Shown: positions 32,113 to 45,877 of the stretch, piece by piece
How positions within the stretch are numbered: position 1 is the stretch's first letter
Layout of the letters: each line of letters begins with the position of its first letter
Assembly: GCF_006345805.1 (NCBI RefSeq)
Contig: NC_043006.1
Location: forward strand, 82,770,001-82,834,000
DNA from: Octopus sinensis
Taxonomy: Eukaryota
Direction: 5' to 3'
DNA: 64,000 nucleotides
The notes under the pieces: model-generated
Seen by the model: only the letters and a program-made list of their open reading frames with translations
Told to the model about the DNA's origin: nothing
Database searches by the model: none
Program-made: the position numbers and the translations under genes

Positions 32113-35100
32113 ATTTTTTCACACACATACACACACAAAATACAAACCTATAGCGTATACACTCAAATATATCTCTACCTACCGCACACACACACAAACA
32201 ATGTACTCACATATACACACATACCATGCATATACACACACAACACACACACACATATATATATATATATAAAACAAATACACATGTAAATACATACACA
32301 CGTACACAATGCTCACACACACACATACACACACACGCACACAGTGCACACACACACACATATATACACACGTGCACACACAACGCCCACACACACACAT
32401 ACACACACACGCACACAGTGCACACACACACACATATATACACACGCGCGCACACACACACACAACGCACACACACACACACACTACACTCACACACATA
32501 CATAACCTACATATATATAATGCATGCGTGTGCGTGCCACGTATGTGTGCGGTCAATGCCCGCTATTGTGTCCTATGCGTGCCGATGCGCGCATGTGTCC
32601 GCCCGCACGATATGCTGTGAGTGTGCGCGTGTCCCTGTGTGCTTGCTCTGGATGTGTGTCCAGGGGGTATGTTAGAGTATGTTTAGTTGTGGTCTGTATT
32701 TTTGAATAAGATTACTTTCCCTATTTATTCGTGTTTGGTCTGTGGTGTTGTCCGAGCATTGGTATAGTGGGAAGACTAAGAATTTGGGGGACTTATTGTG
32801 TGCACAAAGGTCTAAGTGTCCACTTAGTGGTATCTGTCTTGTGGAGGGGTCCCTCAGTTGTTGTCGGTGAACTGTCATTTTTTCTCTGAGGGTAAGGCTC
32901 GTTTGCCCTATGTAGTCTTCGTGGCATCCTTCACACCTTATGACGTAGAGTAAATTTTTTGATGCGCACGTGAAATTATTTTTTATGATGAATGTGTGTC
33001 CCGAGTGGAACTTGTACGACGATCCCTCAATGAGGTGGATGCAGGTCCTGCAGTTGGGGCGACCACATTTTTTGATGGTGGGCGGTGGGTTTGTGTTGTG
33101 TAATTTTGCGTTGGTGAGGAGGTTTTTTAGGGATTTAGGTTGTCTCTTACTTTTTATTATTTTATGAGCTGCCAGTATTTTTTTCAGGCGTGGGTCTTGA
33201 TTTAGTTGTGGAATGATTTAGTTGTGGAATGATTTAGTTGTGGAATGGGTTGTGTGTTGAGAGATAGGGGAGGCTATTTACTGTACTGTGGATGTGTTTG
33301 GGTTTTCGTAGGTCTTGAATGTTGATTGATTTGGCCCGTTCTATTCCGTTGTCTACTAGTGATGCCGGGTAATGTCTTTCGAGAAGAATTGCCCTTAGTT
33401 CCCGGAGTCTTCTATTTCGTGTTGTGTCATTTGAGACAATAGTGCAGATTCTTCTCGCTAGGTTGAAGGGGATATTTGTCTTTGTGTGTTTTGGGTGATT
33501 GGAGGTGAATAGAAGGTATTGTTTAGAGTCAGTGGGTTTGTAATGGATGTCAGTTTCAATGTTGACGCCTTTTTTAATGATTAGGATGTCAAGAAAAAGG
33601 AGTTGGTCCTGACTATATTCCATTGTGAATTGAATGTTGTTATTTACACTGTTGATAAGGTTTTTGAAGTCTATAAGTTGGTCGAGTGTGTGGGACCATA
33701 GGATGAGGCAATCATCTAAGTAGCGTTTCCAGTTCTCCAACAGGTATTTGTGGAAAGACTGGCCGTACTTATATTTGGATTTTTCATAGATATGTGATTC
33801 CAGGTAGGCCATCACCAGGTTTGCATAGGTTGGTGCAACTTTCGTACCCATTGCAGTTCCTGAGACCTGTCTGTAAGTGTTGTTGTGGAAATACATGAAT
33901 TTGTTTTGCAGAATAAATTTGAGGCCCTCAATTATGAATTCTTTTTTAATTCTTTCCGGGATCTCATTGGGATATTTATCCAGCCAGAATTTAATGGCTT
34001 CCAGTCCATATTCATGTGAGATTGTGGTGTAAAGATTAATAACATCAAAAGAAACGATTAAAGTGTCTTTATCGGTATGTTTGGGGAGATGATTTAATAG
34101 GTCCAGGTCATCTCTTCCAATACTTGGAATGTGTTTCAGTATTGGCTTTAAGATGATATCTATAAAGTTGCTAAGTCTGTGTGTTTCACAACTTGGGCCT
34201 GCCACTATTGGTCTCGGTTTGAGATCAGTGGGATGTGGTATAGTGATGCAGGTTGAAGTGGACTTTTTGCAAGCTTCTGTGATAATTGACTCTTGTGTAT
34301 TTTTGAAGCCCATAGAGTGTGCTGGTTTTGCAATTAAATTTAGTAATGTAGTCGCATTCTTTTGCTGTCAAGTCATTCCGGTGTTGGTAAATGAGTGCCT
34401 TCAGTTGGTCATTGTTTTGGATTGCTGGTAGTCGACTACTCTTTCATAGTATGTGGTATCCTCTAAAAGGAGAGATACAGAGTTTTTATATTGCTCAGTA
34501 TTCATAACAACGACCGTACTACCCTTATCAGCTTCCTTTATTGTGATGTCATGATTGTCTCGTAGCGTATGGATGATTTCCCATTCTCTTTTACTGGTGT
34601 TGGGTTTGAGTTTAGGTTGTGGGAGTTCACCATAAGGGAAGTTTGAGATGTAATCGCAAAATTTGTCTAGGGTCTTGTTTTTGCCTTTTATGGGATTATA
34701 GTTGCTTTTGTTACGGACCATTGATTCGTCGTTATTATTAGTTTTCCTGTCAAAAAATTCCTCTGTGAGGCGTAATTTTCTGCAAAAGTGTGAGATGTCA
34801 TCCTGTATTTCCCTCAGGTTAGGGTATTGCGGAGTTGGAGTGAATTTTAGTCCTCTTGAAAGGATTTTTATTTGTGGTGTCGACAGGTTTAGGTTAGAAA
34901 GATTCACTATTTTTGGTTTTTCGGGGTTGGTATCTACCATCTGGTGTCGTGGAAACTGATATATATGTGCATGTATGTATGTATGTATATATATATATAT
35001 ATATATATGTGTATATATATATGTGTGTGTGTGTGTGTATATATATTTGCATGTATATGTGTGTATAGACATGTGCATTATTTGCATGCGCATTGTGTAT

Positions 35101-35548
35101 ATGTATATTGTATGTATGTGTATTGTATATGTATGTGTACAATTAAGTGTATATATGTGTGTGTGCATTGTATATATGTATACTGTAGGTGTGCTATATA
35201 TGCATGAATACATGTATATACATTGCATGTATATATATGTATGCATTGTGTATGTATGTTATGTGTGTGTGTGTATATATATATTAATTGTATGCGTACG
35301 TGTATGTGTATGCATTGTGTGTATGTATATTGTGTGTATATGTGGTATATCTATGTATGTGTATGTAAACACTATTTATATGTATATATGTATATATGTA
35401 TATGCATTGTCTATATATATATATATGTATGTATGTATATATATGCTAGGTATATTTGTGTGATATTTATATTATGTATGTATGTATGTATGTATGTATG
35501 TATGTATGTATGTATGTATGTATGTATGTATGTATGTATGTATGTATG

Positions 35549-35587
<39 letters not shown>

Positions 35588-36970
35588 TGTGTGTGTGTGT
35601 GTATGTGTTGTGTGTGTATGTGTGTTATATATGTGTGTATATTATATATAAATACATGTTAAATTTCCGTGCTGTGTGTGTATATTATATATGTGGGTGC
35701 GTTGTGTATGTGTGTGTTCTGTGTGTGTGTGTTGTGTGTATGTGGTGTGTGTTTGTATACTATGTGTGTGTGTGTGTGTGTTGTGTGTGTGTGTATATAT
35801 GTGTGTGACAAACAGACGCCGTCTGACCAGCAGGCACACGGACACATCTATTCACACCCGCATACTCACCTCCCGATAACCCCAAAATCATTGATGCTTG
35901 AAGGGGAACCATACACAAAACTGGGTACACATCTTTTTCTCTCAATTCAACTTTTCTGCTAAAACAAACAGGTCAGTAAAAACAAATTCTCGCCTTCATT
36001 TCAAAATATTCTGAGATGTATAAAATATCCATTTTAATTTTCTCTGTCAATATTACAAACTTTCTCACCAAACTATTACACTTCCTTATGTCTTTAACAT
36101 GTCCTTTCTACCAAAGACTGTATATATATACATGTAATGTGACAATTTGCGACAACCAATAATTAACGCAACCAAATTTCCAATAATATATTTGTTTTAT
36201 TCTTTTCTGCCAATTTTTCCAAATATTCTCATCAAACTATTGAACTTTTTTATGCCCTTAACATATCTCTGTTACCAAACACTATATTTATACATGTAAT
36301 GTGACAATTATGTATAAAAAAACATTTTTGAATTCATAATATACAATGTGACAATTATGTAAAACACTTTTTTGAACCCATAATATTCAATGTTACTTTT
36401 GACAATCTTTTACCAAAGAGTGAAACCGGTTAAGTAAATAAACATCTTTTAAATTGCATTTTCAAACCTTCTTTCATATATATATATATATATATATATG
36501 AGTATAGTTAGTGTAAAGATATTCTATAGTTTGTTAATGTTTATTCTTAAAGCTGAATTATATCTTCACAGATAAATACATTTTTCTATCTATTTACTCT
36601 ATTTTTTTACCTTACGTTTTTAACATGAAAAATGTATTATAGGCACCTGGTCCTACTGTTTTAAGTTTTAAATTTAGTTAATGGAGTTTCTCCTATCAGA
36701 ACAATCATGATTTTATTTCTTTATGAAATATTGTTGAATTCTATTTGATTATTTATTGAACTATTATTGCTATTGTTGTTGACCTGAGGAGTGACTATAC
36801 TTTTAAATTGAATTGTTTTTCGATTAAATTTCAATTTTATTTTAATTCGAATTTAAATTATAGCCATGAAACTACGTAGTCTTTTTACTTATTATATATT
36901 GTTTATTCATTTCCGTACATTTTGTATCTAGTTATATGTTTTAAAATATATTTTATTTTTTATTTATGAT

Positions 36971-37070
36971 NNNNNNNNNNNNNNNNNNNNNNNNNNNNNN
37001 NNNNNNNNNNNNNNNNNNNNNNNNNNNNNNNNNNNNNNNNNNNNNNNNNNNNNNNNNNNNNNNNNNNNNN
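36971..37070. other. Assembly gap (100 N)
   Basis: Run of exactly 100 N. Confidence 1.
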
Positions 37071-39200
37071 GGAACTTTACCCGCTGCTGGATTTTCTCAA
37101 AAAAAATACTACCTATCCCTGCACGGAAACAATATATCAAAGGTCTATAGAGAAAACGGAAGAGTTTATTTAAGACTGAGATGGAAAGCCTTCTTCTTTG
37201 ATAATAACAGAAAATAGAAGGTAACAAAATGGATTTAAATCTCCCAGAACCCACCACCGATTCCGGATAGAAGCCTTCGAGAAAGACCTTTTCGACTTAT
37301 TAGCGTTCGACTAGGAAAATTAAATTCCGCAAATTTACCAACCAATTGCAAAAAAACATGAGAGAAAAAATTATGGAGATTAACGACTCGAATAAGATCT
37401 TCGTTAATTCTGACAAGACAAGGAACTTATATGCACTTGATAAGGACGTTTATAAACGCCTGATTACGAATAGTGTCACGGACACATACAAAAGGACACC
37501 ACGAATATATACAAAGAGGTGAACTTAGAAGCAAGAGGAATAGCTAACGATCATAAGATTAGCGATAGGATTGAATACCTTTCCCCACGACCAGCTTTTA
37601 TTACTCTGAAAGACCATAAAGACAATTTTAGTAGAACCCCCCAAATGTAGATTGATAAATCCGGCTAAAACTGAGATAGGAATTATTAGCAAAAATATTT
37701 TAGACCGTATTTTAGTTAAGTTAGATAGTGAAGTAGACTTGAGAATTTGGAAGAATAGTAAAGTCAGTTATAGAGTGGTTTAAAGGTATTAGCTATAAGA
37801 ATAATTGTAGTTTCACACAATTCGACATTATTGACTTTTACCCGTCGATATCTAGGACTTGCTCCTAAGGGCATTGGACTTCGCCAAGCAGTATGTCGAC
37901 ATCGATAGCTCGGAATTGAAATTATTATGCATGCGAGGAAATCGCTTCTGTTTTTCGAGGATTCCACCTGGATTAAGAAGACTGAGGATTCTCTTTTCAA
38001 TGTACCGATGGGGGCATACGACGGGGCTGAATTATGTATGCTCATAGGAGCCTTTTATCTCCATAATCTAAAAAGAATTTCCCATTTATAGATGCAGGTC
38101 TATATAGGGATGACGGCCTTATAGCCACGCATAATCTAAGGCCATGAATCAGATAGACTTAGGAAGGACCTTATAGCTTTCTTTCAAAGGATGGGCTTAC
38201 GGATTACGATAGATACTAACCTGAATAGTGTATTTTTTAGACGTAAATTTTAATGTAAGATCGGATAGATTTAAACCTTTCCGTAAGCCCAATGAAAAGC
38301 TATCGTATATTAGCAAAGATTCGAACCATCCACCAGTTATCCTTAGCAACTTAGTCAGCAATGTAGGTAGAAGAATATCTTCAATTTCTTCGGACGAGGC
38401 AGCATTCCATAATGCTGCACCTTATTACGATAGCGCATTAAGAATAGTGGATTCTCGGAGAAGATCCAGTTCAACCAGCTTATGCTAATAATAATGCTGC
38501 ACGAAGAACTAGGACCAGGAAAGTTTGGTGGTTCAACCCGGCTTTCAATTTGGCCGTAAAGACTAATATAGGTAAGGAATTTTTTGAGATTAGTCTCTAA
38601 GCATTTTAAGCAGGGTCATAAATTCTACAGAATATTTAATAGAAGAACCCTGAAGGTTAGCTATTCTTGTTGCAGAAATTTCGGCCTCTTACATTAGCCA
38701 ACATAATAGGAAGCTATTGAGATTAGACATGGTGCCGAGCCCATTAAGAAATGTAATTTCAAAAACGAAAGCTCCTGTCCGTTAGAAGGGAAATGTCTAG
38801 TGAAAGGAGTAGTTTATAGAGCCAAGGTGCAAGTGGAAGGCTCATCGGAATACAAGACATACACAGGGGCTTCAGAAAATTCATTTAAAACAAGATTTTT
38901 ATTCTCATAAGAATTCTTTTAAATACCCAGAGAATAAGAAGAAAACCAGCCTAGCAAAATATGTCTGGGAACTAAAAGAAAAGGAAGCCCCACCTTTCAA
39001 CGTGACATGGAGCATTCTGGACAGGGCGGCACCATACAGGCATGGAGCTTACAAATAATATTTCAAGTGCAGGCTTTGCTTATTAGAGAAAGTACATATT
39101 ATTCAAAGACAATAATTCTTTGAATCAAAGAAGTGAGTTAATGAACTTATGTAGGCACGCGGCTAAATTTAAAATGTCGAATAAAATATACCATATGGAT
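37071..39200 (+). mobile_element. Heavily frameshifted Penelope-like element of a different clade (YRDD type)
   Basis: AFITLKDHK, CRLINPAKTEIG, VPMGAYDGAE, GLYRDDGL, FLDV, SNHPP, WWFNP, KVSYSC, CPLEGKC..VVYRA..YTG (GIY-YIG) and CRLCLLEK. Confidence 0.85.
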
Positions 39201-39509
39201 AGAGTATATATTTTTTGTATTTTGATTTTTTGATTTTGATTTTGACTCTTGAGCGCTACGACGGACCTATAGCAAAGTCTTATTGTTTCTACATATATAT
39301 TAGGAAAAACCTACAACTTTGTTTTCATGTTATTGTATTGCATAGATTACCTTGATTATTTATATTACCATTGATTATTTATAAATGACCCAAAATAGGA
39401 TGTTATATTTTTTTTATATGTCTTTCGTATATATTTTTATTAATGCACCCATTTTTTAAAAGCAATGTTTTTTAAAAAAAGCAATGTTGTCAAATTTAGA
39501 TTGCAATCC

Positions 39510-40280
39510 CAGAGGCACAATCAGTGCGTGACCTGGGTATTCACATGAGTGATGACGCGACCTTTCATGTACATGTTGCTAAACTGACAATGAATGTAGA
39601 CGGCTGGCTGGATGGATTCTTAGAACCTTTAGAACAAGAGAACAAGAACCATGATGTACTCTGGAAGACACTTGTCCTAAGCCACTTTGACTATTGCTCT
39701 CAGCTATGGTCACCATCCAGTGTCAAGTTGATCACATAACTTGAGGCGATCCAACGAAGCTACACGAAGATAGCCTCTGTGCAGCATATGAGCTACTGGA
39801 GAGACTCAAGAGATTAAAGCTCTATTCCCTGGAGCGTAGGCGAGAAAGATATGCCATAATTATATCTGGAAGATCCTGGAAGGTCTTGTCCCAGACTTTG
39901 GCATCGAGAGTCACACAAATGCCAGAACCGGACGCCACTGCGTAGTACCAAGGACTCCAAATTTGCCATCAAGATGTAGGACAAGATATTGTGATAGCCT
40001 GGCTTCAGAGGCCCACGGCTCTTCAATATCCTCCCGAAGAACCTGAGGGACCTGCATGGTGTCGATGCGGATGTCTTTAAAGTAGGACTGGATCTCTTCC
40101 TGTCAGTGTCCCGGATGAACCAACAACTTCACGGCAGGAGGTGCAGATGAGGGCAGCTGCATCGAACTCTCTCATGCATCAGATTGGCTTGCTAAAAAGC
40201 ATCCTGAGTAAAACCGTGTAGCAAACCAAATGGCGGTGCCCCAGCATGGCCACAGCTCATTAGCTGAAACTGGAAAAATC
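39510..40280 (+). mobile_element. 3' fragment of CR1/L2-group LINE (RT C-terminus + 3' UTR)
   Basis: RDLGIHMS..., KTLVLSHFDYCSQLWSP, LKLYSLERRRER, RLFNILP across frameshifts. The tail ends in a stem-loop shared with SINE A. Confidence 0.8.
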
Positions 40281-40746
40281 AAAAAATCATCAAAATCATA
40301 TATATATATACACTATATATATACATATATATATTACATATATATATACATATAACACACATATATATATACATATATATATTATATCATATATATATAA
40401 TATATATACATATATATATATATATATTATTATACATTATATATATATACATATATATATACATATATATACATTTATATATACATATTATATATACATA
40501 TATATACATTTATATATACATATATATATATATACATATATATACATTTATATATACATATTATATACATATATATACATATATATATATACATATATAA
40601 CATATATATATATATACATACTTATATATATACATATATACATATATATACAAATATACATATATACATATATACATATACATATATATATATATATACA
40701 TATATATATAATATATATATATACATATATACATATATATAGATAC

Positions 40747-40795
<49 letters not shown>

Positions 40796-41060
40796 CACAT
40801 ATATATATATATACATATATATATATACATATATATATATATACATATATATATATACATATATATATATACACATATATATATAACATATATATATACA
40901 TATATATATATCTATACATATATATATATACATATATATATATACATATATATATGCATATATATACATATATATATATACATATATATATACATATATA
41001 TATACATATTATCTACATTATACTATATATATATATATATGTATAATGCATATATATAAC

Positions 41061-41106
<46 letters not shown>

Positions 41107-41538
41107 TACATACATATATATATATATATAATATATATATATATACACACCTCACTTCGCACGTACTGTGTTTATTTAGCTATGTCTCTTTTGCCCTCCG
41201 ATATATACATGTGTTCAGGAATGTATATACCTTATATTTATACATGCATACGTTCGTACCCGCAAACACACGCACGCTTGTGCACACACACACACACACA
41301 CTCACACAAACACACATACATACGCATATATATATATATATATGCATATTCACACACACACACAGATACGCGTGCACACATACGTACAGACACCCACACA
41401 CACGCAGTGATATGCGAACATGTATGTACGTGTAGCTGGACAAATTGTCGCTGGATTTTGTTCGGTAGACTACCTCTGGAGATATTAACATATGAATATT
41501 ATAGCCAATGAATAGCTTTGTTCTAATATAACATATGA

Positions 41539-41592
<54 letters not shown>

Positions 41593-41914
41593 GTGTGTGT
41601 GCATTACATAGATTTTCTTCTTTGTGTGCACACCTTCATCAGTGGTCCAGAGATTAATCGGAATTTGAATGCAAAGGGGTTTAGTAAGTAAGGCAGGTTG
41701 TGATCCACACGTGGAGATTATCGTATGGAGACACATATTATTGCATTGACCATATACCGTGAGTTAATCCCATGGTATAAATGCACACGTACACACACAC
41801 ACACAGATATATTGTATATATACATATATACATACATATAAGTATATATACATACATAACACAAACACGCGTACACGCACACATGTATATATATATATAT
41901 ATATATATATACTC

Positions 41915-42320
41915 TTTTACTCTTTTACATGTTTCAGTCATTTGACTACGGCCATGCTGGAGCACCGCCTTTAATCGAGCAACTCAACCCAGGGACTTAT
42001 TCTTTTGTAAGCCCAGTACTTATTCTATCGGTCTCTTTTTGCCGAACCGCTAAGTAACGGGGACATAAACACACCAGCACCGGTTGTCAAGCAATGCTAG
42101 AGGGACAAACACAGACACATATACACACACATACGTATATATATATATATACATATATACGACAGGCTTCTTTCAGTTTCCGTCTACCAAATCCACTCAC
42201 AAGGCATTGGTCGGCCCGGGGCTATAGCAGAAGACACTTGCCCAAGATGCCACGCAGCGGGACTGAACCCAGAATCATGTGGTTGGTTAGCAAGCTACTT
42301 ACCACATAGCCACTCTTGCG

Positions 42321-42325
<5 letters not shown>
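41915..42325 (-). mobile_element. Near full-length SINE family A
   Basis: Same body as 63157-63531, with an internal (TA/CA)n and the tail ggcggtgctccagcatggcc...gactgaaac. Confidence 0.85.
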
Positions 42326-42371
<46 letters not shown>

Positions 42372-42773
42372 AAAGGGCTTAGTAAAATAAATTACTTTGC
42401 CGCATACTGAACTCATTAGAATAGCAGCTAAAAAACTTTTTTAAAGCTATTTCTAATACTTAAAGAAAATCTCTCTCATATATAGTGTTTGCTTATTCAA
42501 CTCACAAAAGTTTGGGGGTAAGGACATCGAAAATCAAATGCTAAGGTTATTTGAGAACGTACGTTTCAAGATTAGTCAAAACAACACTTCTATCATCAGC
42601 TCAGAAATTCCTTGGTTTGGATTTGGAAACACTGAAAATAAGAACATACCCTTCGAAGATCTGCTCGTAACTAACAGTGCCAACAATTCAAAAATAGCAA
42701 GCGAAGAATCTCTGTTCTCCCCTTTCCACCAGCGTGGGTTAAAATCATCAAACACTATGCTTATTTCGGTAAT

Positions 42774-42882
42774 TATAATTTCAACAATTGAGGGCAAATT
42801 AATTAATTATTATTAATCAATTTCACCAAGTGAATTGATTAATAATAATTAATTAATTTTGCCCTCAATTGTTGAAATTATA
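42774..42882. repeat. ~108-bp near-perfect AT-rich hairpin (MITE-like)
   Basis: ataatttcaacaattgagggcaaatt...tcac-caa-gtga...aattttgccctcaattgttgaaattat: ~52-bp arms, 3-nt loop, two 1-nt bulges. Confidence 0.85.
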
Positions 42883-43045
42883 TATATATATCTATATTAT
42901 ATATATATATATATATGATATATATATATATATAATATATACACATGTCTGCATATGTATATGTCTATATATATATATATATATATGTACATGTCTGATA
43001 TATATATATATATATATTATATAATATATATATATATGTACACTG

Positions 43046-43104
<59 letters not shown>

Positions 43105-43489
43105 GTCTGTATATATATTATATATATAATAGATATGCAAGTGTTGCCGATACAGTATATCCGAAACCTGCATTACCACATATGCTCCTGTCCTATACTA
43201 CATGCTCGACCAAGCCAGATCTGATGTCTTCTTTCCTTTCAGCTTCCTCCATATCATCTTCGGCAACAGCACCAGCATGGAAAGTATCATCATCATCATC
43301 AGCACCACCACCACCATCATCATCTTCATCCTTATTATTATCATCATTGCCATCGTCGTCGCTTTTTCGTTACTGCGGTCGTTGCCGTCATCGTCGCCGT
43401 CATCGTCATCATCATCATCATTATCTTCATCATCATCATCACATTATTATTGTTGTGTTTGAAAATATCATTTAGAGAAGAAAAGAAAC

Positions 43490-43491
43490 GA

Positions 43492-43588
<97 letters not shown>

Positions 43589-43609
43589 GTCTGTCTGTCT
43601 GTCTGTCTA

Positions 43610-43652
<43 letters not shown>

Positions 43653-43657
43653 GTCTG

Positions 43658-43734
<77 letters not shown>

Positions 43735-43735
43735 T
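43490..43735. repeat. Compound (ATCT)n/(GTCT)n microsatellite, listed as representative of dozens of (TA)n, (CA)n, (TAA)n and (CAT)n tracts, e.g. 6115-6340, 8230-8580, 27881-28063, 40300-41145, 59180-61620
   Basis: Direct reading. Confidence 0.98.
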
Positions 43736-43893
43736 TTATCTCTCCATCTATCTATCTATTGTTCTTCTCTCTCTCTCACTCTCTCTCCGTATCGGCGCTT
43801 TGAGAGAGTATTCTCCGCCACACCAATTCGCAGACTGCCGACAAATACTGAGGATTTTTGTTAAGTATATGTTGTTCATATTTTGTATAAACT

Positions 43894-43933
<40 letters not shown>

Positions 43934-43947
43934 TAATAATAATAATA

Positions 43948-44754
43948 TCTGCTCAATACCACAGATTTGCTTGTCAGTTGTTTGACCTTAACCAGTTGAG
44001 CATGTCCCTTAGTGGCTGACGATATGTGTATCTCTGATCACGAGCAGAAGTAGTGGGGGAGCATCATAGCCATGTGTTGAGAAGGATTCTTTGGGGTTTG
44101 AATAATTCACCTCTGGAAACATGGGTGTTTCGTTCAACGTCCTTAAACAACCCTTATTCAGGGACCTTTTGGGCGGGATGGGTTACTCGATCTGAAGAAA
44201 ATTCTAACTGGGCTCCACCTGCAAGGTCATGTGCTGTTTATCTTGATATGAGATCACCATGTCGCGCACATATGGTTGTGATGCATGTGCCTGGTGTACC
44301 CTTATCAGACGGGTAGTCATGATGTGTATATTGGGCTTCGTATATTTTACCCCAGTGTCACTTTGATGGCATGCTCTGCTCGCTCACTCAATAATAATAA
44401 TAATAACAGTAATAATATAGGGGACCATCATAGCCATGTGTTAATAGCAATTCTTAGAGGTTTGGATAATTCACCTTTGGAAACATGGGTAGTTCGTTCA
44501 ACTTCCTTAAACAATCCTTATTAAGGGGCCTTTTGAGCGGGATTGGCTACTGGACCAGAAGAAAATTCTAACTGGGGCCCCACCTGCAAGGTCGTGCGCT
44601 GTTTATCTTGATATCATGTCACCGTGTCGCGCACATATGGTTGTAATGCATGTGCCTGGTGTACCCTTATCAGACGGGTAGTCATGATGAGTATAATGGG
44701 CTTCGTATATTTTACCCCAGTGTCACTTTGATGGCATGCACTGTTCTCTCACTC
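43948..44754 (+). repeat. Tandem pair of repeat family D (43948-44389 and 5'-truncated 44420-44754), embedded in (AAT)n
   Basis: Both units end in gtcactttgatggcatgc...ctcactc followed by (AAT)n, and (AAT)n also lies upstream. Confidence 0.85.
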
Positions 44755-44818
<64 letters not shown>

Positions 44819-44849
44819 CAACAACAACAACAACAACAACAATAATAAT

Positions 44850-45877
44850 AAGAGCACTCAGAAAGCGCAAACTTCCGCCAAGGAAAACCAACACCCTCTC
44901 AACGATTAACCGGAGATGACTTTTGAAATGAGAATATCTGAAATAAACTCGATTACTCTCACAAACGAGAATACTAAAAATGAACCCGACCGCTCTCAAA
45001 AATTAAGTAAAATAATAGAAAAATTAATCTAGATTCCTTCCCAATGGCATGGAATCTGAAGGTGGGTGTTTAGGCCGTGTCTATAATGTTGTGTGTCGTC
45101 TGCAGCGGGAACAGGGACAGTTTCTTTATGAAGGTCTTTTTTAGTATATTCACTGATATAGTGTCTTTACGACCATTAAGGTCTGTAGAGAAAAAAATAT
45201 CCGTGCGTGAAAGAAAACGGAAAGGACCTGCATGCGATGCTGTTAACCGAGGTTTATCAACATCATTGTGCACAAGAACGTGAGTCCAAGGAGCAAAGCT
45301 CCCTTCAAGGCAGAGTTAGAAATGCAGTTGCCAAGTAGGTAAGAGGTTTTGAACAGGAGCGATGTATTCAAAATTGGTAAAACTAAAAATTGTCGAGGGT
45401 AAATTAAATTTATTATTGTTACTGAATATGTTTGTGTCATTTAATTTCCGAGCGGTTTTGCTGCCGTTTGTATATATAGTTTGATTTCTTTATCCATCAG
45501 TTTCCATTTAGATAGAGACGCGAGCAAAATTAATAATATAGAAACGAAAATAAAACTTTGGAAACAGCCACACCGCCATAACTTACGTGGAAGCCATGAG
45601 CGTGCTTTCAAGGGAGATAATCAGAGAAAGACTTGAAAGTGAATGTAAGATCGTAATACTTCATATAAAGTAAAGTGAATATTACAAATAATCCAGAATC
45701 CTTGTCCGGTACCGGATCGATCATCCCAAAACCTAACCCGTTCGTGCTAGTCACGAGGACAAACATCCCTGCAAGTTTCATCTGAATCCATCCAGCAGTT
45801 CTTGAGATATCTTGTCCACGGACAAACAAGCAAACAAACACGACTGAAAATAATACCTCCGCCTTCGCTAAGGTGGA

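Larger units (their letters stand above)
29950..34958 (-). mobile_element. 5'-truncated Penelope-like element (Neptune-type Cys linker) with CA-rich 3' region and hammerhead-like terminus; 3' region interrupted by an inverted copy of its 5' flank
   Basis: ORF pieces 34957-32672: IVNLS..LSRGLKFTPTP, KEADKG, GTAMGTKVAPTYANL, RYLDD, FLD, CGRPNCRTC, YVIRC..DYIGQT. The terminal unit is at 29950-30078; assigning it to this element is inference. Confidence 0.85.

Noticed and set aside
38640-39170. Selenocysteine (TGA) recoding in the YRDD-type PLE
   Set aside because: The Cys-position codons read TGT, TGC or TTC, not TGA. The stops present look like ordinary decay.
42576-42797. DDFNPRWWKGEN resembling an SH3 domain (STAM-like)
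   Set aside because: The flanking SH3 motifs are absent. It fits a decayed LINE APE GDFN..WW motif equally well, and neither reading is supportable.
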